Part shown: piece after piece, positions 11,010 through 20,881 of the stretch
Layout: each line of letters begins with the position of its first letter
How positions within the stretch are numbered: position 1 is the stretch's first letter
Source: an uncultured bacterium
Lineage (GTDB): Bacteria > Bacteroidota > Bacteroidia > Bacteroidales > CAIXTV01
Assembly: GCA_903922465.1 (NCBI GenBank)
Contig: CAIXTV010000078.1
Location: forward strand, 3,624 to 67,623
Length of the DNA stretch: 64,000 bases
Direction of reading: 5' to 3'
Made by a program: the position numbers and the translations under genes
The notes under the pieces: model-generated
What the model saw: the letters and a program-made list of their open reading frames with translations, nothing else
Told to the model about the DNA's origin: nothing
Databases searched by the model: none

Positions 11010-11017
11010 TAGTTTTG
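11010..11017 (+). promoter_or_regulatory. -7 promoter box TAGTTTTG
   Basis: TAnnTTTG match 37 bp upstream of the glutamine synthetase ATG. Confidence 0.4.
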
Positions 11018-11053
11018 CGAAATTTATGATTTTCACTAAGATTAATTCTGCTC

Positions 11054-12559
11054 ATGGAAAAAAACCTCATTTCTCTCAATCCTAACTCAATAGTACAGTT
11101 TCTTCAAAAAGCGGCTGAAGACTTTAGCAAAAACGATATCATTCGTTATGTTACCGAAAATAATATTAAAATGATTAACCTGCGTTACGTAGGAGGCGAT
11201 TATCGACTTAAAACTTTGAATTTCGCCATACAAAATCAGCATCATCTAGACCAAATATTGACTTTTGGTGAAAGAGTTGATGGTTCGAGTTTGTTTTCTC
11301 ACATCGAAACAGGTTCGAGCGATTTATATGTGATTCCTAAATATCGCACCGCTTTTCTAAATCCTTTTTCAGAAATACCTGCCGTTGATATTTTGTGTTC
11401 TTACTTCAATAAAGACGGGGAGCCTTTGGCTTCTTCTCCCGAAAACATTTTGATTAATGCCCACGAGGTGTTGAAAAAGCAAACAGGTTACGAGTTTGAG
11501 GTGATGGGTGAACTTGAATATTACTTGATAAGTCCGACCGAAACCCTTTTTAATGCTACCGATCAAAAAGCCTATCACGAATCGGGGCCTTTTGTGAAAT
11601 GGGAAGAATTTCGTGCCGAAGCCATGATGGCCATCACTCAAACGGGGGGTCAGATTAAATATGGGCATTCTGAGGTAGGAAATTTCACTATGAATGGTTT
11701 GAATTATGAGCAAAACGAAATTGAGTTTACGCCCGCTAAGCTTGAAAACGCTGCCGATCAGTTGTATATTGCCAAGTGGATACTTCGCAAACTTGCTCAT
11801 AAACATAATGTGAATCTTACATTTGCGCCCAAAATTACGGCTGGAAAAGCAGGCAGTGGTTTTCATATTCACACCAAACTCACCAAAAACGGCAAGAGTG
11901 TCATGCTCGAAAACGGGAAATTGAGCAATGTGGCTAAAAAGGTGATAGCGGGATATTTAACTCTTGCGCCTTCATTAACTGCATTTGGAAACACCAATCC
12001 CACCTCATATTTTCGCTTGGTACCTCATCAGGAAGCGCCTACCAATATCTGTTGGGGCGATCGCAACCGCTCGGTTTTGGTGAGGGTTCCTCTAGGGTGG
12101 ACTAGCGCTAAAAACATGATTTGCAAGGCTAATCCTTTAGAAATTTGTTCGGAAGCTGATTTTTCGGAAAAGCAAACGGTTGAGTTTCGTTGCCCCGATG
12201 GTTCGGCCGATATTTATTTATTGTTAGCCGGCCTTACCGTAGCTGCCCGTCATGGCATCGAAATGCCCGACGCTATTGAGTATGCCGAGCATCGCTATGT
12301 TGATATTAATATTTTTGAAGAAAAGAATAAAGAAAAAGTTGACAGCCTTTCCAAGCTTCCGGTTTCTTGTTTCGATTCGGCCATACAACTCGAAAATCAA
12401 ACTGAACTCTATTTAAAATACGATGTGTTTACTAAAAGTATGATTGATGGAGTGGTTAAAAAACTTAAAAGTTATCAGGACGAAAGCCTTCGCCAAAAAC
12501 TCCATTCCGATAAAGAAGGGATGTTGCAATTGGTGAATAGCTATTTCCATTGCGGATAA
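11054..12559 (+). CDS. glnA: Glutamine synthetase family protein (about 500-aa form)
   Basis: N-terminal beta-grasp-like region and a catalytic region with GSGFHIHTKL (compare GSGMHVH) and NPTSYFRLVPHQEAP. The length does not fit the 729-aa GSIII type. Confidence 0.8.
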   Translation: MEKNLISLNPNSIVQFLQKAAEDFSKNDIIRYVTENNIKMINLRYVGGDYRLKTLNFAIQNQHHLDQILTFGERVDGSSLFSHIETGSSDLYVIPKYRTAFLNPFSEIPAVDILCSYFNKDGEPLASSPENILINAHEVLKKQTGYEFEVMGELEYYLISPTETLFNATDQKAYHESGPFVKWEEFRAEAMMAITQTGGQIKYGHSEVGNFTMNGLNYEQNEIEFTPAKLENAADQLYIAKWILRKLAHKHNVNLTFAPKITAGKAGSGFHIHTKLTKNGKSVMLENGKLSNVAKKVIAGYLTLAPSLTAFGNTNPTSYFRLVPHQEAPTNICWGDRNRSVLVRVPLGWTSAKNMICKANPLEICSEADFSEKQTVEFRCPDGSADIYLLLAGLTVAARHGIEMPDAIEYAEHRYVDINIFEEKNKEKVDSLSKLPVSCFDSAIQLENQTELYLKYDVFTKSMIDGVVKKLKSYQDESLRQKLHSDKEGMLQLVNSYFHCG

Positions 12560-12595
12560 ATGGAATTGATGAATAACTCTATTCGAAATATAAAT

Positions 12596-12620
12596 GGGCC
12601 TGCAACACAGGCCTTTTTTT
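12596..12620 (+). terminator. Intrinsic terminator after glnA-like gene
   Basis: GGCCTG-caaca-CAGGCC stem-loop followed by T7. Confidence 0.7.
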
Positions 12621-12705
12621 GTGCCTAAATATTAAGGCTTTTTGATTGAAGGGCTTGATGGTTCTTAGGAAAGAAATTCTTTTTACTGCCAGCCTTTTAG
12701 CGAGG

Positions 12706-13030
12706 TGGAAATGCCCAACCCGGAAAACCGGGATAGGCTTGCGTATTTGGAGAAGCCTATCCCAGAAAATTGGGATAGGCTAATAGAGTTCGAGAAGCCT
12801 ACCCCAGAAAATCGGGATAGGCTTATAGAGTTCGAGAAGCCTACCCCGGAAATTTGGGATAGGCTAATAGAGTTCGAGAAGCCTACCCCGGAAATTTGGG
12901 ATAGGCTAATAGAGTTCGAGAAGCCTACCCCAGAAAATCGGGATAGGCTTATAGAGTTCGAGAAGTCTACCCCAGAAATTCGGGATAGGCTTATAGAGTT
13001 CGAGAAGCCTACCCCAGAAAACCGGGAGTT
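12706..13030. repeat. Tandem array A: about 7.5 copies of a 42-bp unit (GAGAAGCCTACCCCAGAAAATCGGGATAGGCTTATAGAGTTC)
   Basis: Read directly. Each unit holds the inverted repeat AGCCTA(C/T)CCC-N8-GGGATAGGCT. Both strands stay open across it, giving track ORFs 12705..13049 (+) and 12683..13039 (-). Confidence 0.95.
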
Positions 13031-13087
13031 GATTCTCAATGATTTATAGCTGAATAAAATTGATAAAACCGCTCACATCAACCATCA

Positions 13088-13966
13088 TCACGATTCGGTG
13101 GGCTTATTATATTTCCATCTTCTGTGCGACCACAGCCAATACTGAGGGTGTTGCATAATCCGTTTTTCAATATTATGGGCAAACACTTGAGTGATTTCGC
13201 CCGGGGCCATCTTGGAGGGGTCGCTAACAATTGGGACAAGCTCAATTTCGTAGAAACCTCTTCTAATGCGTTTTATGTCGATATAAATTACAGGGTAGTT
13301 GAACCTGAGGGAATAATTTTCGGGGCCATGCAGAAAGGCAGTTTGTATGCCTAAAAAATCGGCCCAAATTGCTTTGTCTTTATTAGAAGGGTTTTGGTCG
13401 GCTATCATCAGATAGATGCAGCAATCGTTCTGATAATTAATAAAGGTGCGATGGGTTTGAAAAATGGAAGTGAGCAGAGTCCCGTGCTTTCCCCTCGAAC
13501 GACGAATAAATGCATCAACATAAGGATTCGACATGGGTTTATAAAACCCAACCGCCTTATGCTTCACCTGCAAACCACCCGACATGGTTCCCCATTCGAA
13601 GTTGCCATAATGAGCCGTAACCCCAATGACACTTTGCCCACTTTGGTAATATTCATCCAGAATCTCAGGATTCAACAAGGTGTGGCGACGAATGATGTTT
13701 GCCCGACTCATCGTAAAACCCTTAATCCCCTCGAGTAGCATATCGGTGAAATAATGATAAAATTGACGGGTAATTTTTTTAATTTCGGAAGAAGATTTCT
13801 CGGGAAATGCTTTGCGAAGATTGGCTACGACCACCTTTTTCCGATAGCCAAACACCCAATAAACCAAGGCGTAGAACATCCCCGAAAGGGCATAAATCAA
13901 CCAAAAAGGCATGGCTCCTAAAAAGAACACAAAAAACAAAAACAACATATATGATAGGCGATTCAT
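13088..13966 (-). CDS. Lipid A biosynthesis (LpxL/HtrB-like) or lysophospholipid acyltransferase family protein
   Basis: N-terminal TM anchor and an HYGNFEW H(X)4E-type acyltransferase motif. Size is about 290 aa. Confidence 0.7.
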   Translation of the reverse strand: MNRLSYMLFLFFVFFLGAMPFWLIYALSGMFYALVYWVFGYRKKVVVANLRKAFPEKSSSEIKKITRQFYHYFTDMLLEGIKGFTMSRANIIRRHTLLNPEILDEYYQSGQSVIGVTAHYGNFEWGTMSGGLQVKHKAVGFYKPMSNPYVDAFIRRSRGKHGTLLTSIFQTHRTFINYQNDCCIYLMIADQNPSNKDKAIWADFLGIQTAFLHGPENYSLRFNYPVIYIDIKRIRRGFYEIELVPIVSDPSKMAPGEITQVFAHNIEKRIMQHPQYWLWSHRRWKYNKPTES

Positions 13967-14033
13967 ACGGTGTGCTTGGGTGTTATGGATAGATTATTAA
14001 GCATTATATACTTTGGAGAATAGATAAAGACGC

Positions 14034-14079
14034 AAGATCCAAATTCCAAATTCCAAGACACAGATTCCAAGACCCAAGG
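14034..14079. repeat. Heptamer array (AAGATCC AAATTCC AAATTCC AAGACAC AGATTCC AAGACCC)
   Basis: 7-bp period read directly. It is the reverse-complement orientation of the array at 14211-14250. Confidence 0.8.
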
Positions 14080-14210
14080 TGTTTTTTCGTAGCTATCATT
14101 TCTTGTAATTTTTGGATGAAATAAATTGTATGGTCATATTATCCATTGCGTATTGAGCACGTTTCAGGTTTGGTAAAGACCCCCAACACCATATTCCAGA
14201 CGAGGAGCAC

Positions 14211-14250
14211 CCCTTTGAATTTGGGACTTGGATATTTGAATTTGGGTCTT
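14211..14250. repeat. Heptamer array (CCCTTTG AATTTGG GACTTGG ATATTTG AATTTGG GTCTT)
   Basis: 7-bp period read directly. It is inverted relative to 14034-14079 and belongs to the same family as 57189-57250. Confidence 0.8.
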
Positions 14251-14263
14251 ATCCATTAGTTAA

Positions 14264-15541
14264 TCAGTCAACTATAATAAGATAGTAGTTCTTTTTTCCT
14301 TTTTGTATAAGGATGTATTTCTGATTTAAGAGATCAGCAGTAGTGACTTTGTGGCTTTCCGAAATGCGGGTTTTATTCAGTTGCACCCCATTGTCTTTAA
14401 GCATGCGGCGGGCATCGCTTTTCGAAGGAAATATCTGAGTGTGTTCACAAAGTAAGTCTACCAAATCAATACCTTCAACTAAAATATTTTTAGCAATGCT
14501 GAAACGCGGAACACCATCGAACACCGAAAGCAGGGTGTCTTCATCAAGTTTGTTAAGGGTTTCGTAAGTGCCCTTTCCGAATAGAATTTCAGAAGCCTCA
14601 ACAGCCGATTGATATTCCTTTTCAGAGTGCACACGTATGGTAACATCTTTGGCGATAGCCTTTTGCAAAAGGCGAAGATGAGGCTCGTTGCGATGTTCGG
14701 CAATCATGGCTTCTATCTCGTCCCTCGAAAACAAAGTGAAAATTTTGATGTACTTTTCAGCATCGTCGTCAGAGCAATTGAGCCAAAACTGATAGAAATG
14801 ATAAGGGGAAGTCTTAGCAGGATCGAGCCAAACATTGCCCGATTCGGTCTTCCCGAACTTACCGCCATCGGCTTTGGTGATAAGGGGGCAAGTAAGGGCA
14901 AAAGCTTCTCCTCCAGTTTTTCTGCGAATCAATTCGGTTCCAGTAGTAATATTACCCCATTGATCAGAGCCACCCATCTGAAGTTTGCAATTTTTATTTT
15001 CATAAAGCCATAAAAAATCGTAACCCTGCACCAGCTGATAGGTGAATTCGGTAAAAGAAATGCCTGTTTCCAGCCTTTTTTTCACTGAATCTTTAGCCAT
15101 CATATAGTTTACGGTAATATGTTTGCCCACATCACGCAAAAACCCTAGGAAACCATAATTCTTCATCCAATCATAATTATTGGTCATTTCGGCACGATTG
15201 GGAAGCCCTTCGCTAAAATCCAAAAAGCGGTCGATTTGATTTTGAATACACAACTGATTGTGTCGTAGGGTTTCTTCATCCAACAAATTGCGCTCTTCCG
15301 ATTTCCCAGAAGGATCGCCTATCATGCCGGTTGCCCCTCCCACAAGAGCAATAGGTTTGTGCCCCGCAAGCTGAAAATGCTTTAGCAACATAATTGAAAC
15401 CAAATGACCAATATGCAAGGAGTCAGCCGTTGGGTCGATGCCGACATAAGCCGAAGTCATTTCTTTTTTAAGTTGTTCTTCGGTTCCGGGCATCATGTCG
15501 TGTATCATGCCTCTCCATTGGAGTTCTTCAATAAAATTCAT
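14264..15541 (-). CDS. tyrS: Tyrosine--tRNA ligase
   Basis: HIGH motif (LHIGHLV), KMSKS-equivalent KFGKT and a C-terminal S4-like domain. Length is 425 aa. Confidence 0.95.
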   Translation of the reverse strand: MNFIEELQWRGMIHDMMPGTEEQLKKEMTSAYVGIDPTADSLHIGHLVSIMLLKHFQLAGHKPIALVGGATGMIGDPSGKSEERNLLDEETLRHNQLCIQNQIDRFLDFSEGLPNRAEMTNNYDWMKNYGFLGFLRDVGKHITVNYMMAKDSVKKRLETGISFTEFTYQLVQGYDFLWLYENKNCKLQMGGSDQWGNITTGTELIRRKTGGEAFALTCPLITKADGGKFGKTESGNVWLDPAKTSPYHFYQFWLNCSDDDAEKYIKIFTLFSRDEIEAMIAEHRNEPHLRLLQKAIAKDVTIRVHSEKEYQSAVEASEILFGKGTYETLNKLDEDTLLSVFDGVPRFSIAKNILVEGIDLVDLLCEHTQIFPSKSDARRMLKDNGVQLNKTRISESHKVTTADLLNQKYILIQKGKKNYYLIIVD

Positions 15542-15555
15542 TTAAAATAGTGTAT

Positions 15556-16314
15556 TTAATAATTTATCTTCCGGTGTATTCCCAAAACGACGCCTCCCGT
15601 AAAATTATGCGATGGCTCATAAACCCCTTTATTGTTTAGAAGCTGAAATTGGGTGGCATTAATATCGTTAATTGTGTATTGGAGACGGATTCCTGTATTA
15701 ATAAAAAAATTACGGCTCAATAAAATATCGGCTCCAAAGTCCAAAATCCCAACAATATTATAGGTTTTATATCGACTCCAAATTTCATGTTTCGAGACAT
15801 CAATAAATTCATGTATTTCCGGATTGTAATAAGTCCAAGAGTCGACCCACGAATTGCCGGTCTTTTGCTTATACGATTGACTTGCCGAATGTAAAATTCC
15901 TAAAGCCGGTCCTGCCATAAAATAAAAGCGTAAGCTTTCTTTTCCAAAGCTATATTTTAGCATTAAAGGGATGTGAATATAATTGAGGTCGATCTTTCTA
16001 TCAATATAAATGGTGTTCTGACTCTTGTAGCCATCATAATTTTGCCCCATGGTGTTAAAGGTGAATTCCATCTTTAAGCCCCAGTTAAAATTGAAATTCA
16101 TGCCAATAGAAGCATAAATTCCTAATCCGTATTTAGGCGAATAGTCTAATTCTGGTTCCCCATAAGTATTTTGATTTACAATCCAGCAACTATGTCCGCT
16201 AACACCTAAACCTACGGTAGCAAAACGTTCATTCTTATGGAAGTTTTTTTGAGCAAACAGATGGTTGCTCAATATCATACAATATATTGCTACAACAAAA
16301 TAATACTTTTTCAT
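15556..16314 (-). CDS. Outer-membrane beta-barrel (porin-family) protein
   Basis: Signal peptide MKKYYFVVAIYCMILSNHLFAQ, an alternating aromatic/hydrophobic beta-strand pattern and a C-terminal aromatic residue. The internal ATG 16314 is preferred over 16380. Confidence 0.6.
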   Translation of the reverse strand: MKKYYFVVAIYCMILSNHLFAQKNFHKNERFATVGLGVSGHSCWIVNQNTYGEPELDYSPKYGLGIYASIGMNFNFNWGLKMEFTFNTMGQNYDGYKSQNTIYIDRKIDLNYIHIPLMLKYSFGKESLRFYFMAGPALGILHSASQSYKQKTGNSWVDSWTYYNPEIHEFIDVSKHEIWSRYKTYNIVGILDFGADILLSRNFFINTGIRLQYTINDINATQFQLLNNKGVYEPSHNFTGGVVLGIHRKINY

Positions 16315-16409
16315 TTGCCTTAAATTAAAAGAACTGTCCTGAATATGTTTTTTGGAAAAGAAGTAAACATTCTTAACCAAAAACCTGTAATTTCGGGACA
16401 GTTCAGTAG

Positions 16410-16480
16410 AGGTCTCGTCCGGATTTGAACCGGAGTAGTCGGTTTTGCAGACCGGTGCCTAGCCGCTCGGCCACGAGACC
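16410..16480 (-). tRNA. tRNA-Cys (anticodon GCA), 71 nt, CCA not encoded
   Basis: Folded by hand. Acceptor is GGTCTCG/CGAGACC, T arm is TCCGG-TTCAAAT-CCGGA and the anticodon loop is CTGCAAA. Confidence 0.9.
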
Positions 16481-16550
16481 TTGATGCTGCAAAAGTATAA
16501 AAAACTTCTTACAATGTATGTTTTTTTTATCGCAGTGGTTAAATTCCTCC

Positions 16551-16901
16551 TTAAACTACCGTCGAAAAGCTTACCCTTTCTACTTTCCCCCCAATGGGTG
16601 GGCTCAACTTCGATACCTTAACATTTAGCTGAAGGATATCGGGATATTGTTTTTTTATGGAGGATGTTATTCGCCAGCAAACGTTTTCTAACAAATGTGA
16701 TTTAATTTCCATTTGCTGTTTCACCAAAGCAAATACTTTTTGATAATCAACCGTTTTATGAAGATTATCAGTACAACATGCTTCTTCCACATTTACTTCC
16801 ATGCTAACATCCACCACAAAACGTGTTCCTATCACTTGCTCTTCAGCAAAGCATCCATGATAGGAAAAAAACTCCATTCCTTCAATTGTAATTAACGACA
16901 T
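16551..16901 (-). CDS. folB: Dihydroneopterin aldolase
   Basis: 116 aa. ITIEGMEFFSYHGCFAEEQVIGTRFVVDV matches the FolB N-terminal signature. Confidence 0.85.
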   Translation of the reverse strand: MSLITIEGMEFFSYHGCFAEEQVIGTRFVVDVSMEVNVEEACCTDNLHKTVDYQKVFALVKQQMEIKSHLLENVCWRITSSIKKQYPDILQLNVKVSKLSPPIGGKVERVSFSTVV

Positions 16902-17048
16902 AATTGTATTTCTTTCCTTTGTTTAATGGGAACAAATGTATTATTAAAATTTTATTGTCCTGATAAAAATATCACCATAAAGAAAAATTGATTTCGCAAA
17001 TAAGTATCATCTATCGCACAGCATTGCATCATGCAAGGGAGGATTTTG

Positions 17049-17056
17049 TACTTTTG
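17049..17056 (+). promoter_or_regulatory. -7 promoter box TACTTTTG
   Basis: TAnnTTTG match 21 bp upstream of the glnS ATG. Confidence 0.45.
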
Positions 17057-17076
17057 CATTTTAAATAATTAATTTT

Positions 17077-18783
17077 ATGACTGAGAATACAGACATTTCA
17101 ACTGACAAAACACCAAAACCGGTACTGAATTTCATTCAGGAAATCATCGAAAACGACATCCGAAACAATAAAAATGATGCAAGGGTGCATACTCGTTTTC
17201 CACCTGAACCCAATGGATATTTGCATATTGGTCACGCCAAATCTATTTGCCTAAACTTTGGCTTAGCCAATAAGTATAATGGAAAATGCAATCTCCGATT
17301 TGACGACACCAATCCCGTGAAAGAAGATGTTGAATATGTCGATTCTATCATGGAAGATGTTCGTTGGTTGGGTTTCGACTGGGAGGACCGCTTGTTTTAT
17401 GCTTCCGATTATTTTGAACAAATATATGAGTTTGCCTGTCAATTAATTCAAAAAGGGAAAGCTTATATATGTGACCTAAGTGCTGAAGAAATAAGTAATC
17501 TTCGTGGAACTACCACACAAGCAGGCACAGAAAGCCCTTATAGAAATCGTACTATTGAAGAAAGTTTGGATCTTTTTCATCGTATGCGTGCTGGTGAATT
17601 TGCTGAAGGCAGCCATGTTCTGAGAGCAAAGATTGATATGGCATCTCCAAACATGCATATGCGCGACCCTATTCTTTACCGAATTATTCACACTGAACAT
17701 CATCGTACTGGCAACAAATGGTGCATTTATCCAATGTATGATTTTGCTCATGGGCAGAGCGATTCATTAGAAAGAATCACTCATTCAATTTGTACCCTTG
17801 AGTTTGAAGTACACCGTCCTCTTTACGATTGGTTTATTCGTGAATTGGAAATCTATGCTCCTCAACAAATTGAATTCGCCAGATTGAATTTGAGTTATAC
17901 CGTAATGAGTAAACGCAAACTCCTCGAATTGGTTAAAAACAACTATGTAAATGGTTGGGATGACCCACGAATGCCTACCATTTGTGGTTTGCGCAGAGCA
18001 GGATACACTCCTGAATCAATTCGTAATTTCGCCGAAACTATTGGTGTAGCAAGACGAGATAACATTATTGATGTAGCCCTATTGGAACACTGCATACGTG
18101 AAGACCTTAATAAAAAAGCTGCAAGAGTAATGACAGTAATGAACCCCTTAAAAGTAATCATCACCAATTACCCAGAAAATCAAACAGAAGAACTTGATGC
18201 AATTAATAATCCTGAAGATGCTTCGATGGGAACTCGAAAAGTCCCTTTTTCAAGAGAAATATATATTGAACGGGAAGACTTCATGGAAGATGCTCCGAAG
18301 AAATACTTCCGATTAGCCCCAGGGAAAGAAGTGAGACTTCGTTATGCCTATTATATCACCTGCAACGATGTGATTAAAGACCCCGAAACCAATGAAATCA
18401 TTGAATTACATTGCACCCTTGACCCACTTACCAAAGGGGGATCATCACCAGATGGTCGAAAAGTGCAAGGAACCATTCACTGGGTTTCAATACAACATGC
18501 ACAGCAAATTCAGGTAAATCTTTATGAACGCCTATTTACTAAAGAAAATCCTGAGGATTTGGCAGAAGGAGAGGATTTCAAAATTAATCTTAACTCTAAT
18601 TCATTAAATGTGATAAAAGCTTACGCAGAACCATATTTAGGTCAAAATTCAGTTTCTGGAAGTAAATTCCAGTTTGAACGTATTGGTTATTTTTGTGCAG
18701 ATTATAATAGCACCAATCATAGCCCCATATTTAACCGTACCGTTACCTTAAAAGACTCATGGAGCAAAATGCAAAAAAGCTAA
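17077..18783 (+). CDS. glnS: Glutamine--tRNA ligase
   Basis: [22 protein letters not shown] is nearly identical to the E. coli GlnRS HIGH region as I recall it. VMSKRKL supplies the KMSKS motif. Length is 568 aa. Confidence 0.95.
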   Translation: MTENTDISTDKTPKPVLNFIQEIIENDIRNNKNDARVHTRFPPEPNGYLHIGHAKSICLNFGLANKYNGKCNLRFDDTNPVKEDVEYVDSIMEDVRWLGFDWEDRLFYASDYFEQIYEFACQLIQKGKAYICDLSAEEISNLRGTTTQAGTESPYRNRTIEESLDLFHRMRAGEFAEGSHVLRAKIDMASPNMHMRDPILYRIIHTEHHRTGNKWCIYPMYDFAHGQSDSLERITHSICTLEFEVHRPLYDWFIRELEIYAPQQIEFARLNLSYTVMSKRKLLELVKNNYVNGWDDPRMPTICGLRRAGYTPESIRNFAETIGVARRDNIIDVALLEHCIREDLNKKAARVMTVMNPLKVIITNYPENQTEELDAINNPEDASMGTRKVPFSREIYIEREDFMEDAPKKYFRLAPGKEVRLRYAYYITCNDVIKDPETNEIIELHCTLDPLTKGGSSPDGRKVQGTIHWVSIQHAQQIQVNLYERLFTKENPEDLAEGEDFKINLNSNSLNVIKAYAEPYLGQNSVSGSKFQFERIGYFCADYNSTNHSPIFNRTVTLKDSWSKMQKS

Positions 18784-18814
18784 GTTTCATAGGTATTTGA
18801 AATCAAATTTACAA

Positions 18815-18852
18815 AAGGAAGCATTTATTTATAGTGCTTCCTTTTATTTTTT
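18815..18852 (+). terminator. Intrinsic terminator after glnS
   Basis: AAGGAAGCA-N11-TGCTTCCTT stem-loop followed by a T-rich run. Confidence 0.65.
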
Positions 18853-18860
18853 TACTTTTG
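18853..18860 (+). promoter_or_regulatory. -7 promoter box TACTTTTG
   Basis: TAnnTTTG match 24 bp upstream of the gatE ATG. Confidence 0.45.
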
Positions 18861-18883
18861 ACGCAAAATTAAAGACCTGCTGA

Positions 18884-20881
18884 ATGAAATCTCAATTTGA
18901 TCCACGAAAAAATTACGAGGCCAGTAAAAAAGCCGTTGGGTATATTCCTCGTAAAAATGCTACTCAACAAACTTACAACGACATTGGTTTTATGTCAGGA
19001 CTAGAAGTGCATCAGCAATTAAAAACCAAACACAAACTTTTTTGCTCCTGCCCTGCTGGAATTTATCATCATCACTCAAAATATGATGCAGAAGTAATCC
19101 GCCACATGCGTCCAACGCTCAGCGAACTTGGAGAATATGACGGAACCGCTCTTATGGAGTTTAAAACTCGGAAAAATATTGTCTACAGGCTTAAGAATGA
19201 AACCACCTGTACTTATGAAGTTGATGACACCCCCCCTTTCCCTTTAGACCGTGAAGCTTTGGAATATGCGATTGAAATTTCACTGTTATCTAAGCTGAAT
19301 ATTGTTGGGGAAGTGCATATTACACGAAAACAATATCTAGATGGAAGTATTCCAACAGGGTTTCAACGCACTGGAATTATTGGTGTAGAAGGAGAAATTT
19401 ATATTAAAGACCGACCAATTCGTTTAATTCAACTGAGCCTTGAAGAAGACTCTTGTCGCGAGATCTCAGATATAGGCCATGTTAGGATTTACAATACCGA
19501 CCGTTTAGGAATGCCTCTAATCGAAACTGTTACTTATCCCGATATGAAAAATCCTGATGAAGTTATGGAAGCTTGTAATTATATTCGTTTTCTTAACCGA
19601 AGCACAGGTAAAGTGCGAACAGGCATCGGAGCAGGCAGACAGGATGTGAATGTAAGTTGTGCTGGTGGGACAAGAGTTGAAATTAAAGGAGTTGCTCACA
19701 CACGTTGGATACCAGAACTTACCCATGTTGAAGTGTTTCGTCAGTGGGCATTGTTGAAAATCCGGGATAGACTTAAAGGACTCATCCCTATTCCTGAAAA
19801 TTGGAAAATAAACTTCGAATATCTCGACTTTGATGCTTTTGAACTAAATTGGGAACCCCTTAAAATTGCGAAAGAAACAGGTCAAAAACTCATAGCCATT
19901 AATTTGCCATATTTTAAAGGAATACTTTCTCATTTCACCCAACCAAATCAGATTTTTGCAAACGAAATTAGCGACCGTCTGAAAGTAATTGCTTGCCTTG
20001 AAAAACCCAACATATTGCACTCTGAACAATTCAAACCTATCATCAAAGCAGAAGATTTTGAAATTATTGCTTCGATACTTAAAGCAAAAGAACAGGATGC
20101 TCAAATTGTTATTTGGGGACATGAAGAAGACATGAAAACCGCTCTTGAAACTATTGAAGAACGTTGCAAAATGGCATTACTGGGTGTTCCAAATGAAACC
20201 CGTAAATCACTTGAGAACGGTGCGACCATTTTTGAAAGAGTATTACCTGGGGCAGATAGGATGTATCCAGATACTGACTCTGCTCCTATTCCTTTAGAAG
20301 ATAATTATATTGATGAGCTTCGCAAACGTCTTCCTGATGAAGTCATGAGTCGTTATCACCAACTGAAAGAATGGAAAATACCAGAAGATACTTACATATA
20401 CATTCTCAAAAGAAATCTTTTCCCTGTAATTAAGCGCATAATTCTCGAACTAAAGCTTAATCCTACCTTTGTAGGAACATTTTTTGGCCACACACTTAAG
20501 CATGTTGAAGGACAATTTAATTGTCCTGTTGAATTTAATTATGAAATCATCTATGCTTTATTTAAATATCTTACACTACAAAAAATTAATGTTGAAATTG
20601 CCCGAAAGATGTTAACCGAAATTTATGAACATCCTAAAATGGATTTCGAATCAGTACTTACAAGCATTAACTTCAAACCTTACAATAAAGAAAAAATACT
20701 TTCTAATCTGATTTTCTTAAAAGAAAAATTCCATTCTATCCGATGGGGAAAGAATGAAAGCGATGAAACCAATTGGATACTTGGTCAATTACGTCCTGTA
20801 GCCCTCGGCAACATTACTTTTTCCGAACTCAAAGCTGACATCGAAAATCCTAATAAACCATCAACTAAAACATCACTATAA
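18884..20881 (+). CDS. gatE: Glutamyl-tRNA(Gln) amidotransferase subunit E (archaeal-type GatE)
   Basis: GLEVHQQLKTKHKLFCSCP, RPTLSELGEYD, RKQYLDGSIPTGFQRTG, LEEDSCR, DRLGMPLIETVT, RQDVNVS and RVEIKGV are GatE-type rather than GatB-type (RKNYFYPDLPKGYQ, RCDANVS). An insertion domain and helical tail are present. Length is 665 aa. Confidence 0.9.
   Translation: MKSQFDPRKNYEASKKAVGYIPRKNATQQTYNDIGFMSGLEVHQQLKTKHKLFCSCPAGIYHHHSKYDAEVIRHMRPTLSELGEYDGTALMEFKTRKNIVYRLKNETTCTYEVDDTPPFPLDREALEYAIEISLLSKLNIVGEVHITRKQYLDGSIPTGFQRTGIIGVEGEIYIKDRPIRLIQLSLEEDSCREISDIGHVRIYNTDRLGMPLIETVTYPDMKNPDEVMEACNYIRFLNRSTGKVRTGIGAGRQDVNVSCAGGTRVEIKGVAHTRWIPELTHVEVFRQWALLKIRDRLKGLIPIPENWKINFEYLDFDAFELNWEPLKIAKETGQKLIAINLPYFKGILSHFTQPNQIFANEISDRLKVIACLEKPNILHSEQFKPIIKAEDFEIIASILKAKEQDAQIVIWGHEEDMKTALETIEERCKMALLGVPNETRKSLENGATIFERVLPGADRMYPDTDSAPIPLEDNYIDELRKRLPDEVMSRYHQLKEWKIPEDTYIYILKRNLFPVIKRIILELKLNPTFVGTFFGHTLKHVEGQFNCPVEFNYEIIYALFKYLTLQKINVEIARKMLTEIYEHPKMDFESVLTSINFKPYNKEKILSNLIFLKEKFHSIRWGKNESDETNWILGQLRPVALGNITFSELKADIENPNKPSTKTSL

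Noticed and set aside
10918-11053. yybP-ykoY (Mn2+) riboswitch upstream of the TerC-family gene
   Set aside because: The 136-bp leader is very AT-rich and lacks the conserved G-rich/GGGGAGUAG-like elements. The space is also shared with the divergent glnA-like promoter.
12706-13030. CRISPR array (also considered for 60157-60450)
   Set aside because: The whole 42-bp unit repeats, so there are no unique spacers between repeats. No cas genes are present in the window.
12683-13049. Track ORFs 12705..13049 (+) and 12683..13039 (-) as real repeat-protein genes
   Set aside because: Both strands are open only because the 42-bp unit lacks stops in those frames. No -7 box is seen upstream, and the array lies just past a terminator. 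I kept this as an alternative hypothesis but did not call a CDS.
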